Notes: generated from the letters alone by a model not told the origin. A stretch of DNA of 63,283 nt, filler included, from Octopus bimaculoides (GCF_001194135.2; 7 parts of 6 records of this genome joined end to end with filler, not necessarily neighbours in it); one strand, 5' to 3'. Counted from the first letter of the whole stretch, positions 1-13,156 are shown. Numbers and translations: made by a program.

Positions 1-702
1 ATATATATACGTACATATATATGGAGCTTGCTTACTAAGTCGAATAAGAAGCTCAAAATCTGGGTTTTTTTTATGTACAATAATGCACATGCTGTTTAAT
101 AATGTTTATTGAATTTATAAGTAAACCTCACCCAATAATGCATTCGTATTTCCATAACATTAATCTTGATATCAAATAATATGTATATTCAGATACTCCA
201 GAGGAAATTTTCGAAATATCACACTTCGTCTGTAAAGCAACAGGCTTTATCTCACATATATCCTTTCTGTTTTTTGTGTTATGTTTTTTCAACCAAATAC
301 TCGAGATAGATTATCAGGAATCATATTTAACTCAGTCGATGGCACCCATCTATGTGCCAACAACACGCTATCACATAGTTATACACTCATCGATTCAGTA
401 TATAGAAACATTGAGTCAGTATTCTTCGTTCAATATGTCAGGTACATGCGTAGCAAATATTTCCATGACTGAATTATGTAAATGGAATTCACTTAAGAAT
501 ATTGAAAATATCGCGGACATGGCTCTCTCGATAAGAAGCACATTTCACAATTACATGATTCAGAGATTCACCTCCGAGCACGGCACCTTATTCGAGGCCA
601 TAGTATTGTATAATAGCATCGAACATACATACATACATACATACATACATACGTACGTACGTACGTACGTACGTACGTACGTACGTACATACATCAATGA
701 AT

Positions 703-925
703 AAAAGAACACCTATGCTGAACTATTGAGAAATCTGCAGTTACTCTATCCAGATTACAAGTTCAGGTTTATACCTGTAATTATTGGGCCCCTGAGATAT
801 GTAACACACTGCCTAAATACTAATCTTAAGAAATTAGGCTTCTCGAAACCATAAAAGAGAAAGCTAATTCGAAAACTACAGATCCAATCCATTACTGGAA
901 CTGTAAAAACTTTCCAGAAGTTTAT
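703..925 (+). mobile_element. 3' end fragment of an RLE-type (R4/Dong-like) non-LTR retrotransposon
   Basis: Translates approximately to ...TYAELLRNLQLLYPDYKFRFIPVIIG(P)L-YVTHCLNTNL-KLGFSKP..LIRKLQIQSITGTVK; an IPVIIG-LG-type C-terminal motif, with decay. Confidence 0.55.
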
Positions 926-1094
926 TATATATGAGCGTGTCTAGATGTGCAACTATATGCATGAGAATACATACATAAAGCATACAAATCTACACATACA
1001 TACATACATACATACATACATACATACATACATACATACATACACATACAGATTGAATAAATACAAGGCATAAAATGTACTAAGGTCTGTTCTG

Positions 1095-1170
1095 TCGACT
1101 AAAATTTCTTGAAGACGGTGCCCCAGTATGGCCACGGTCTAATGACTGAAACGAGTAAAAGATAAAAGAA
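1095..1170 (+). mobile_element. SINE 3' tail fragment
   Basis: GGTGCCCCAGTATGGCCACGGTCTAATGACTGAAACGAGTAAAAGATAAAAGA matches the tails at about 19120, 28560 and 55890. Confidence 0.7.
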
Positions 1171-1894
1171 AGTTGGGCAGCGGAGAAAGCGATAGTATCC
1201 GCTGCCTGAGGAGATATCTTGGTAGTGACTGAATCACGGCTAAAACTATTTAGAGATTCTACGCAGAAAATATGTATATGGTAGGCAAATTCATTATGTA
1301 AAAAATAGGCATTGGGTCAAGACTAAAAATGTGAAGACCTGGCAATAACTTAGGCAATAACTCGAGCAAGTTTTACTATGAATTTGTTGTTATTGGTAGA
1401 TTTTACTGTAATATATAACTAATTTTTTTGTATTATTCTATTTAATGTACTAATTATGTACTACTATTATTTTTTATAACCTATTTATAAATTTCTAATT
1501 ATTAAGTAAAATTTTTAAAAATTAATTTTTTTAAAGTACAAAATATATTTTGAGTTATTTTTTATTTTCAATAGAAGTAGCAAGTAATAACAAATGAAAG
1601 TAATAACTTGTAATAAAATTTTTAGTTTTAATAAAAGCTAATATTTTCTAAATCTAAACATTTTATTTGAAATTTTATTCTTAGCTGTAATATTTTAAGT
1701 AAAAATTTTCTTGTTCTGTACTTTACCAGATGTAATAAATTGTCTTTAACATTTTTGCAAGTGTAATAACTTTCCCAGGTTTATAATCTTAGGAATCTTA
1801 TTTCTCTTGCGCGCATTTCACCATGTAATATAAATATATATCGCTTTGTATATATATTTCGTTCACATTTTAAGCGTTTCATAAATATGTAAAT

Positions 1895-2560
1895 GGGCGG
1901 GGTCTAGTGGCTAGGGGTGTTGCATTCAGAATCGTGGGTTCAATTCTCAGACGGAATGGTACGTTGCGATCTTGAGCAAGACTCTTAATTTCACATTGCT
2001 CCAGTTCACTCAGCTGTCAATGAGTAACTTTGTGGCGGGGTAGGAGAGGAATGTTGGTCTGCCCGCTAGCCTTGCCACTGGGGTTGTTGGCACTCCGTCG
2101 CTTACGACTTCGAGGGTTCCATTTGATCCGATCAACGGAACAGCCTGCTCATGAAATTAACGTGCAAGTGGCTGAGCACTCCACAGACACGTGTACCCTT
2201 AACGTAGTTCTCGGGGATATCCAGCGTGACACAGTGTGACAAGGCTGACCCTTTGAATTACAGGCACAACAGAAACAGGAAGTAAGAGTGAGAGAAAGTT
2301 GTGGTGAAAGAGTACAGCAGGGTTCGCCACCATCCCCTGCCGGAGCCTCGTGGAGCTTTAGGTGTTTTCGCTCAATAAACACTCACAACGCCCGGTCTGG
2401 GAATCGAAACCGCGATCCTATGACCGCGAGTCCGCTGCCCTAACCACTGGGCCATTGCGCGTCTACCGCCAGCCGGGTAGCATCATTCAAAAGCTAAAAC
2501 GATATGAATCGCATTGAGACCAGTGATGTATGACAACATCTGCTTATCTAGTCGATACTG
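1895..2560 (+). mobile_element. CORE-like tRNA-derived SINE, split by a nested SINE at about 2081-2460
   Basis: tRNA-like head with a B-box-like GGGTTCAATTC, and CTTGAGCAAGAC-CT...CACATTGCTCCAGTTCACTCAGCTG shared with 10360-11015 and 42750. Confidence 0.65.
2081..2460 (-). mobile_element. Near full-length tRNA-derived SINE (OK-like family)
   Basis: Reverse strand starts GCGCAATGGCCCAGTGGTTAGGGCAGCGGACTCGCGG...GGTTTCGATTCC (A/B boxes). The body is homologous to 7945-8208 in the opposite orientation. Confidence 0.85.
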
Positions 2561-3651
2561 TGATAATAGATATATTTCGAGTACATTTAAATTGTATATA
2601 TGTTAATAGATTTTAATTTCGATGGCATTTAAAATGTATAAATATATTTGTACAATAATTACATTTCATTTTTAGTGAATTCGAACTGAAATAACAGTTT
2701 TAAACAGTTCTAAGACAAACTAATGCTTCTAAATGCAAGCAAAACAAAAAAATTTTGCACACTTCGACTTCAAGTGAAACATATTTACGGGAAAAAATTA
2801 CAACATTAGCAAATCCGCTAATCCAAATCACTTTTACATTAATAACAAACACAAAAAACTGATTTTATTTTTAAAAAGTTGCATGCTCAGAGTCTTTGAA
2901 GTTCAAAGTGCTTTTTAAAGGCACCATAAAAATGTTAGGAGATATTTAAAAAATCCAATTTATAATTTTACATTTTAAGATTGGTTTACAACTGTGACTG
3001 TTACAATGTTTAATACTATAAATATACTAGGTGCATTCCAAAAGTTTATAGACGTTTTTTTAGGAGAGGCAATTATAACTGTCTAGATTATTGAATTTTA
3101 ATATATCATTACTATACATCTATTAAGCTAACTTACCAATTTTTAAAATTTTTTTTCTCTTTGATTCCAGATTGAAATAGACGTTTGTAACAGCATTTTG
3201 GACACAACCTACTAAACACTGCTTGCTATAGATTTGAATAGGTTTGCAGAATGCATTCGGAACGTGAAGACAACTTGGAAGCACGCTATGCAATAAGGTT
3301 TTCCGTTTTAAACTAAGTAAAAACGCCAGAGAAATTTGTGAAATGTTACAGGCTGCTTGTTGAAGTAAAATGCATGCATACATACATACATACATACATA
3401 CATACATACATACATACATACATACATACACACACGCACAAGCACACACACACACACACACATGTTGGAGCGCTGAAATCTACAAGTTTTTTTCATTCCC
3501 TTGCTATTTATATTCTCTTATTCCTCTCTGTTGGAGAGCGTAGGCTCAAAACATAAAAGACTTTTTTATTTTTCCGAAGCATCAGACTAATACACTTGCT
3601 TGTTGTTCATACACCTGTCTTCGTCTTTTGTTTTTCTATAAATTTCAACTA

Positions 3652-3712
<61 letters not shown>

Positions 3713-4464
3713 TATTTCTGGGTTACCAAGGCCACCAATGGTTTCATGTGAAAGATTTTCACAATTATTCAAGCAAGACACATGGAAGTGTTGGTACTCG
3801 ACTCCATTTTGAATGAGAGCACACAGAGTAAATACGTGTGTGTGTGTATGTGTGTGTGCGTGTCAGCGTGTGGGGGAATGTATGCTTGTGTGTATAACGG
3901 GTTCATATTATTAAAATAGCAGTTTGTCTTTAGGGAGATTTGGCAGCTATTTCTAGCATATCGATTAACGGGGTGGGACCTCTCTCATCAACATTACAGA
4001 TGTGTGTTTAATAACACACATATTGAGAAAGCTGCGCTTGTAGAAGCTCCTGCTATACATACAAGTATTTCATTATGTCTCGCAAAAACACTATTCTAAA
4101 CATATTAGAAGAAACGATTTCTATCGTGGAAATTATTACTATTGTTAGTGCAGCATGTACAACTGTTATTGTTGCTGTTGTTATTATTGTTTTGACAGTT
4201 CAATTCGTAATCCTGTTTTCATATTTATTAATCCACTTGAACTTCCTTCAAAATTGTTACGTTGCGTGTTCTTTCTCCTAGAGAATTCTCGTAAAGCAAA
4301 ATAATATGCTATTATTTTTACACGTCAGTTTATGGCGTCAAACTAAGTCTATGATTTGTGTCGGTTAACTTTGATTTTAAGTAGCATAGTTTTCATTGTA
4401 TTTTTAATAGACAAACAGCTAGATGGATAGATATATAGATAGATAGACAGACAGGCAGATAGAC

Positions 4465-4531
<67 letters not shown>

Positions 4532-4611
4532 CATACGTATAGTATATATGTATGTATATAATATATAGATATATAAGTCTGTGTGTGCGTGTATATGTAT
4601 ATATATATATA

Positions 4612-4741
4612 TATTGGTAAGTAGCTTGCTTACCTGCCGCGTGGTTCTAGGTTCAGTTCCACTGCATGGTACCTTAGGCAATTCTGGGATTCGAACTCAC
4701 AACCTCATGATCGTAAGCTCGACGCTCTAACCACTGAGCCA
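4612..4741. mobile_element. Two abutting SINE head fragments in opposite orientation
   Basis: 4612-4682 matches the family-A head (TGGTAAGTAGCTTGCTTACC...) on +. 4683-4741 is the reverse complement of the CORE-family head (TGGCTCAGTGGTTAGAGCGTC...GTTCGAATCC). Confidence 0.7.
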
Positions 4742-5843
4742 CACATACATACATATATGCATACATACATACATACGTACATACATGCATACATACATAT
4801 ATATATATATATATATANNNNNNNNNNNNNNNNNNNNNNNNNNNNNNNNNNNNNNNNNNNNNNNNNNNNNNNNNNNNNNNNNNNNNNNNNNNNNNNNNNN
4901 NNNNNNNNNNNNNNNNNNNNNNNNNNNNNNNNNNNNNNNNNNNNNNNNNNNNNNNNNNNNNNNNNNNNNNNNNNNNNNNNNNNNNNNNNNNNNNNNNNNN
5001 NNNNNNNNNNNNNNNNNNNNNNNNNNNNNNNNNNNNNNNNNNNNNNNNNNNNNNNNNNNNNNNNNNNNNNNNNNNNNNNNNNNNNNNNNNNNNNNNNNNN
5101 NNNNNNNNNNNNNNNNNNNNNNNNNNNNNNNNNNNNNNNNNNNNNNNNNNNNNNNNNNNNNNNNNNNNNNNNNNNNNNNNNNNNNNNTATATATATGAAC
5201 AACCGCCAACTAAAAAATGCAATCTACTTTCAACCCACTATATTCGTGTTACTCTGAAAGCTGGTGATGTATAAAAAAATTCTTTCAGTTCTTTAGGGCA
5301 AAACTTTACTTATAATAATCGCTTTCTGTATAACAGTGTGCTTTACATATATGATAGTAACATAGTTTTTAATACGGAAATAGACGAATCTATCAAATAT
5401 ATTAGGTACGATAATTCAACAGACGAATGTATAACGCATTTTTGAAGTTATTTTGCTCAAATTTCGATGGTTATTCCTTTTGTAATATGTTTCTGGAACA
5501 TTTTGTTCATATATTCTTAGGTTACATCTCTTTATACATTTGAACAATTAGCAACGTAAATCTCAGCTCACGATTCCAGAAGCTTCAGTTTCCTAATTAA
5601 ATATACAATGTTTATTTCATGTATTAATTTCGTTTTCATTCGGTTGTAAACACAAATGTTCACCAATCCACATGTAAGTGTGTGTATGTGTTTGCATGTA
5701 TGTGTGTGTGTAGTATTCGTGATAGGGAGTCAATGAATTTTCCGTCAAATCGCTAAGCAAGTAGTATATGTATGCCTGTGTCTGTAAATGTGTTTGTGTG
5801 TCTTTGTATATTTATGTTAATACGCGTGTTAGTATCATATATT

Positions 5844-5958
<115 letters not shown>

Positions 5959-6394
5959 ATGTATGTATGTGTGTGTGTGTGTATGTGTTTTTATGTGTGT
6001 GTGTGAATAATTTCCCAAATAAACTCACCAGCACATAAAATTAGCAAACAATTGGATAACATTGTTAAGTAGTATACAACGATAGTAAAATTCTGTTAAG
6101 TGGAATTCAACGAAGCGTGAATTGACTGCGTGATGTTTGGGAGTAACAGTCGAAGTAGACAGCATTTTCCTATCTTGAATTCGAAAAGTCACTTTCACTA
6201 ATATCTCCGTAAAGAGAATAATTCTAGTAATATTAGAAACTGCCAGGAAATATCCACTATTTAAATCACCAAGAACAAAGAGGGCAGCTTCTATATGATA
6301 GAAAATTGTAGACAAATCTCCTTTAGACAAATCTCCTTTAAATACCACGTTGGATAATATGATTTAAAATTTTGGTACATAACCAATAATCTTT

Positions 6395-6582
6395 AACGGA
6401 AGGGGCTTAGTCGAATGCATCGGTTCCAGTACTTAACTGGTACTCACTTTATCGCCCACACTCCCAAAAAGATTACAGGCAAAGTTGATTTCGGCGAAAT
6501 GTGAATTTAGAGCGGAAAACAGGAAGTAGCGCCATTACGCATTTTGTCCATCGTGCAAACAATTCTGTTAGCTCACCGCCTT
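6395..6582 (-). mobile_element. Degenerate SINE (family D)
   Basis: Diverged reverse-complement match to 25501-25718. Confidence 0.55.
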
Positions 6583-7780
6583 TCTAACACGGAATAATGT
6601 AGTCCTATGCGCACCATATCTAAACAATTAAACGTACTGAATTATGGTTGGAAAAGTTCACTGTAGGTCTGCTTGACCAGAGCTGGCCACGACTACACAA
6701 AATCAACAACAAGCAATTTATGTTGATAAACATTCTTAAGAAACTGTTGTTGTGATACTATAAACTCTGTATTCTTTCAGCTGTCCACAGAACAATTTAC
6801 ACATTCAGAGCAGAAAGCGGCAATGGATATTCAGTACATGTTATGTTTATAACATTAAATACGGAAACTGCTGAAAATAAAATAATACTAAAATATGAAA
6901 CAATAATTTAGATTTCTTGCATGACATTTACGACATTTATTGTGAAAGATTCATAGGAAAAGTTGGCAAAGTAAAAGACTTTTATATCCAACATATAAGT
7001 TTGATAAAAATGCAAACAAGTTAGCAGTCACTTTTCTAGAAGTAAATATAAGAATTTTAGATAGCACATATTTTATAACAGTATACACTAGAAAACTTAA
7101 CACATTTCTATATGTGAAGCAAGACAGGAATGTCTAATAGATATAATGCATCAGTTATATGATTCATACTCGGAATAGCCTTTAGATTCTTCTTCACAAA
7201 AGAAGAAATACAATATGATAATTTATAATACAACGAGCGTTAGTCAATAACGGTTGTAAATAATTTAAGAGAGCAAGGTACACAACAATGCAGGGACACG
7301 TTCGACATAATATATGGAACAGGTATAACACCAAGTAAGAATGGACTGACTCGTAAATTAGATTGCTTAAACTGAATGCACCCCGGTTTGTGTAATAGGT
7401 GAGCGTGTTATGAAAAAGAAACTCATTAAACATGCATCACACACTCATAAACTATAATTACTCGTTTCTCGTATAAAAAAAAAGAGAAAGACCCTCCGTG
7501 TCGACGACAATCCAAAGGATTGGAAACTACTGAATATACTCCAGATGGTTTATACAGGTCACGGATTCATATGAATGAGAACATTAGACTTTCAACATTA
7601 TGACTTTGGCCGTCGCTTAGACGTAAATGCACTTGGACATACACTTTCTCGACCGCTGATCAACACGGCACCTGATTTACAGGTACCACACAACATGGTA
7701 CCTGTAAATCGGAAGTGTTTTTTAAAGTCTTCAAAAAGAATTCGCTTGTCTCTAATTCCTTCTTTTGTTTATCTTGCCTG

Positions 7781-7885
<105 letters not shown>

Positions 7886-7944
7886 GCGCGTGTGTGCGTC
7901 TGTATGTGTGTATGTGTGTTGTGACAATGGCTTCGACGTTTCGG

Positions 7945-8208
7945 CCAGTTAACCGTCATCGGGGGGCGAACCCTGCTGTACTCTTTCAGCACAACTTTCT
8001 CTCACTCTTTCTTCCTGTTTCTGTTGTACCTGTATTTCAAAGGGCCAACCTTGTCACACTCTGTGTCACGCTGAATCTCTGAGAACTACATTAAGCGTAT
8101 ACGTGTCTGTGGAGTACTCAATCACTTACATGTTAATTTCACGAGCAGGCTGTTCTGTTGATCGGATCAACTGGAAACCTCGTCGTCGTAACCGACGGAG
8201 TGCCACGA
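7945..8208 (+). mobile_element. 5'-truncated OK-like SINE
   Basis: GCGAACCCTGCTGTACTCTTTC...GAGCAGGCTGTTCTGTTGATCGGATCAA...GGAGTGCCAC; homologous to 2081-2345. Confidence 0.8.
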
Positions 8209-8249
8209 CTTAATTTGACGTAAAAACAAACATTAATATGCATGTGTGC

Positions 8250-8301
<52 letters not shown>

Positions 8302-8660
8302 GCGTGTGTGTGTGTGTGTTTGTGAGTGTGCCTATGCAATGTGTGTGCATGTGTGTTTTGCTTATTTCACAGCGCTTGACACCCAGTGTTGATTTGTTTA
8401 AATTTCCATACTTAGCAGAGTTCGAATAAGACAGAGACTTCAAGAAATTTCTGAGGTGGGTGGCGGTGTTGATTCGATCGATTAAAACATGCAAAGTAGT
8501 GCCCCAGCATGGCCGCTGTCCAATGAATCAAACAAGTAAAAGAACAGAAGAATAAACTGCTGCTATGTGGGATGTTCTATCGTAACGCCACCTATATTTT
8601 CTCAAACACCTATTTTCTTTAGAATTAGAATATATCACTTTCTATGTGTGTATGTGTGTT

Positions 8661-8713
<53 letters not shown>

Positions 8714-10359
8714 AGATACGTATGTATATAATATATANNNNNNNNNNNNNNNNNNNNNNNNNNNNNNNNNNNNNNNNNNNNNNNNNNNNNNNNNNNNNNN
8801 NNNNNNNNNNNNNNNNNNNNNNNNNNNNNNNNNNNNNNNNNNNNNNNNNNNNNNNNNNNNNNNNNNNNNNNNNNNNNNNNNNNNNNNNNNNNNNNNNNNN
8901 NNNNNNNNNNNNNNNNNNNNNNNNNNNNNNNNNNNNNNNNNNNNNNNNNNNNNNNNNNNNNNNNNNNNNNNNNNNNNNNNNNNNNNNNNNNNNNNNNNNN
9001 NNNNNNNNNNNNNNNNNNNNNNNNNNNNNNNNNNATATATATATATATATATATATATATAAATTGGGATAGCCTTCTTTATATTTCCTGTCTTATAATT
9101 GCGTATTTAAGTCATTCTTAGATATTCATCTGCATTTGGTCCAGTAAGTCTTTAAAAGTATATCAGAATAGATTTGGTTCTGATTCAAATGATTTGGATC
9201 CCTTTGTGTATATGTGTGTGTGTGTGTGTGCGGGTCTCTGTTTTTTTAATCCCCTCACTTTTCTCTTCGTAGAGATGAATTCATTGAGGATATTTCATTG
9301 AATTATAATGCTTGCAATACTAGAATCTCGACAAAGACAAGATATATATATCTCTCTCTAGAAAAATATAGATTTTACAAATAAATAGCTTAAATAGCTA
9401 GCGTAATGTATTGTCCGATACGAATGAAATATATCTGAAAGTAAGCCATTTAGCTGTTAAAAACCAACAATAGATGGATGAAAATATGGATGAAAACGTT
9501 GTTAAGTAGCGTCTTTTAATATTGTTAGCTTTATTTACTGTAAGACATTCGTGCGATGGAATTTATGGTGACTGATATTTACCGAATAATAATGGGGATA
9601 TTTTTATAGGTTGTTAATTGTATTGATTTTGGTTATTTTTCTTTTGTGTTTGTTATTCTTTTTAGCGAGAGAATGTTATATAGATGAGATTACATGGTGA
9701 CGTAGTAGGAAGCTATGATTTTAATATACAATGGTGGGGTTTTGCACAGAGATTTGTTTCAAATTTGGCTTAACATAAATTTTAGTTGAGAAATTCATTT
9801 AAAAATATTTTTTTTTCCGTATCATTATTTTAGATATGAAGTTCAATGAATTACAATACGGACATTAATTCTTTTTTCAAACTAAAATATGTACTATAAA
9901 GAATAGTAGTAGTAGTAGTAGTAGTTGCTGTTGTTGTTGTTGTTGTTGTTGTTGTTGTAGCTGCTGCTTTGTTGCTACAGTTTTAGCAGTGGAAGTTCTT
10001 TTGCTCCAAACTGGGAATTTTGGTATCAATATAATGTTAACATTTATACAAACGTTTCGAATAAGAAAAAAAATCTGCAACTGTTAAAACAGTTACTTTT
10101 TCTACAGCCCAGAAAGAAAGTAGTCACCAGCACCATGCGAATTTTATAAGAAAATCGTGAGTAACTCCATAACTGATACCATGGCAGATTAATTTGGCCC
10201 AATTTATTTCGATTTATTTTCCCTTCTGTTACAGCATGACTAAACCATTTTGGAAGCATTGAAACCAGAAGTATATATTTATAAAAATGTATATATCCAT
10301 GATAAAGTTCTCAACAACTTTCTTTTTACATATATGAAACTATCTACAATGTTTGCTCT

Positions 10360-11015
10360 TGTCTCGGTGGTTAGAGCGTCGGGCTCACAATCATGATGTT
10401 AGTGAGTTCGATTCCTGGATCGGGCTGTGTGTTGTGTTCTTGAGCAAAACACTTTATTTCACGTTATTCCAGTTCACTCAGCTGAAGAAATGAGTTGCGA
10501 TGTCACCGGTGCCAAGCTGTAGCAGTCTTTGCTTTTCCCTTGGATAACATCAGTGGCATGGAGAGGGGAGGCTGATATGCATGGGTGACTGCTGGTCTTC
10601 CATAAACAACCTTGTCTAGATTTGTGTCGCAGTGGGGAACTTCCTAGGTGCAATCCCATAGTCATTCATGAACGAAGGTCACATAAAGAGCTTTAACATA
10701 GGTGCATGTGTCAATGGCTAGAGCATCGACTTCACAATCATGAAGTAGTGAGTTCAATTCCCAGACCGGGCTGTATGTTGTGTTCTTGAGCAAGATACTT
10801 CATTTCATGTTGCTCCAATTCATTCAGCTGTAGAAATGAGTTGCGACGTCACTGGTGCCGAGCTATATCAGCCTCTACCTTTCTCTTGAACAATATCGGT
10901 GGCATAGAGAGGGGAGGCTGGTATGCATGGGCGACTGCTGGTCTTCCATAAAACAACCTTGCCCGGACTTGTGCCTTGGAGGATAGCTTTCTGGACGCAA
11001 TCCCATGGTCAACCA
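10360..11015 (+). mobile_element. Two head-to-tail CORE-like SINEs (about 10360-10680 and 10697-11015)
   Basis: Each has a tRNA-like head (TGGTTAGAGCGTC / GAGTTCGATTCC), TGTGTTCTTGAGCAA, and GGAGAGGGGAGGCTG-TATGCATGGG-GACTGCTGGTCTTCCATAAA. Confidence 0.85.
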
Positions 11016-11641
11016 TCACTAAAGGAAGTCCTTTTCCACTATACCTGCACCCCGTTATATAAGAGAACTATGAGTCAGAACCTCCAGACATATCCGAAAA
11101 AAACTTAAATGATGCAAGCATTAACCGTTATTTTTTAAATACATTGAAATGTCTCTAAACCAGTTTCGCTGTAATTCTGTGCTATTCATATATANNNNNN
11201 NNNNNNNNNNNNNNNNNNNNNNNNNNNNNNNNNNNNNNNNNNNNNNNNNNNNNNNNNNNNNNNNNNNNNNNNNNNNNNNNNNNNNNNNNNNNNNNNNNNN
11301 NNNNNNNNNNNNNNNNNNNNNNNNNNNNNNNNNNNNNNNNNNNNNNNNNNNNNNNNNNNNNNNNNNNNNNNNNNNNNNNNNNNNNNNNNNNNNNNNNNNN
11401 NNNNNNNNNNNNNNNNNNNNNNNNNNNNNNNNNNNNNNNNNNNNNNNNNNNNNNNNNNNNNNNNNNNNNNNNNNNNNNNNNNNNNNNNNNNNNNNNNNNN
11501 NNNNNNNNNNNNNNNNNNNNNNNNNNNNNNNNNNNNNNNNNNNNNNNNNNNNNNNNNNNNNNNNNNNNNNNNNNNNNNNNNNNNNNNNNNNNNNNNNNNN
11601 NNNNNNNNNNNNNNNNNNNNNNNNNNNNNNNNNNNNNNNNN

Positions 11642-11960
11642 AAGCCTAGTACTTATTCTATCGGTCTCTTTTGCCGAACCGCTAAGTTACGGGGACATAA
11701 ACACACCAGCATCGGTTGTCAAGCGATGTTGGGGGACAAACACAGACATACAAACACATACACACACACACATATATATATATATATACATATATACGAC
11801 AGGCTTCTTTCAGTTTCCGTCTACCAAATCCACTCACAAGGCTTTGGTCGGCCCGAGGCTATAGTAGAAGACACTTGCCCAAGATGCCACGCAGTGGGAC
11901 TGAACCCGGGACCATGTGGTTGGTAAGCAAGCTACTTACCACACAGCCACTCCTACGCCT
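11642..11960 (-). mobile_element. Family-A SINE with internal (CA)/(TA) microsatellite
   Basis: Reverse strand: GTAGGAGTGGCTGTGTGGTAAGTAGCTTGCTTACC head, GGTAGACGGAAACTGAAAGAAGCC, microsatellite, then GTCCCCAACATCGCTTGACAACCGATG...GATAGAATAAGTACTAGGCTT. Confidence 0.85.
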
Positions 11961-12311
11961 ACTGTATATATATATATATAATTTTCTTTTTATAATAACG
12001 CATCTTCAAGCGCATGGAATGAGGAAACACGTGGAATGAATAATCAGCAAAATCGATGAGAACATCAACAAAAATGTGCAACAAACACTGCAAAAATAAC
12101 ACCAGCAATGTTCATTAAAATGAAACCGATGCAATATTTTAGAAAATGCCATTTTTTAAAATTATTATTTATATATTTATTTATATATATTTATTTTGAT
12201 TAGTAGAATTTTAAACTGTGGCCAGGTAAACTGCCGATGGCATATTGAAATTCACACTGAAATTGAAACTGTTTTCCTGGCTGTTCATATATGTGAGTGT
12301 GTGAGTGTGTG

Positions 12312-12353
<42 letters not shown>

Positions 12354-12497
12354 TATGTATGCATATGTATGTGTATCTGTATGCATACATGTACATATAT
12401 ATATGTGAGTGTATATGTATGTATTGCATGTACAAAAATGCATGTGTATCCATATATACATATATGTATATACATATATTACCTATATCTGTATATA

Positions 12498-12569
<72 letters not shown>

Positions 12570-13156
12570 GTTACTTGTTTGCATATTTATCATATTCACA
12601 TATTTATGTCTATTTTCATAGTTTTATTGTGTATATACGTAACATTTTGGGTTTTTGATTCTTTGCTGTTGTTGTCGATATTTCAATTTTGCTTTGTTTT
12701 ATTATTTCCATTAATTTTATTTATTTATAAATTTGAAATAAAACAAACAAAATTGTGGCGTGGCGGGAGTTACTCATTTTATATTAAGTGTAGCAGCTGT
12801 CACAATATGAATTCATTTGCAATAAAGAATTATCATTTTTTTTCTTCTTTTTTTTGTGGGGAGAAAAGAAGAGGATAAAATACATGACTGGAAATAAAAT
12901 GGGAATGAGGAACTTAACGGAGGAAGATGGAGGAATATAAAGATGGCGATGTCTATGACCATGATGATGGTGGTAATGGTGATCGTCATCAACATTATGA
13001 TGACGATAGAGGTGGTGGTGGGGGTGATGGTGGTGGTGATGAAGGCGGCCGTGGTTGTGGTGGTAGTGTTAGTGGTGCCTGTTGTGGTGGTGGTAGTGGT
13101 GGTAGTTTTGGTGATGTTGGTTGTAATTGTTACGGTGGCGGCGCTGGTGGTGGTGG

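Noticed and set aside
1390-1835. Reading the AT-rich block as an intact mitochondrial or ciliate-code CDS
   Set aside because: TAA stops occur in the frames I translated under the mitochondrial code, and openness under TAA=Gln is expected for any sequence this AT-rich; no recognisable motif.
2390-2460. tRNA genes at SINE heads (also 10360, 25501)
   Set aside because: A/B boxes are present, but they run into SINE bodies and lack a complete cloverleaf and terminator.
6025-6348. 107-aa minus ORF as a membrane protein
   Set aside because: No recognisable motif or ATG start, no clear splice sites, and it contains a 15-bp tandem duplication; compatible with chance.
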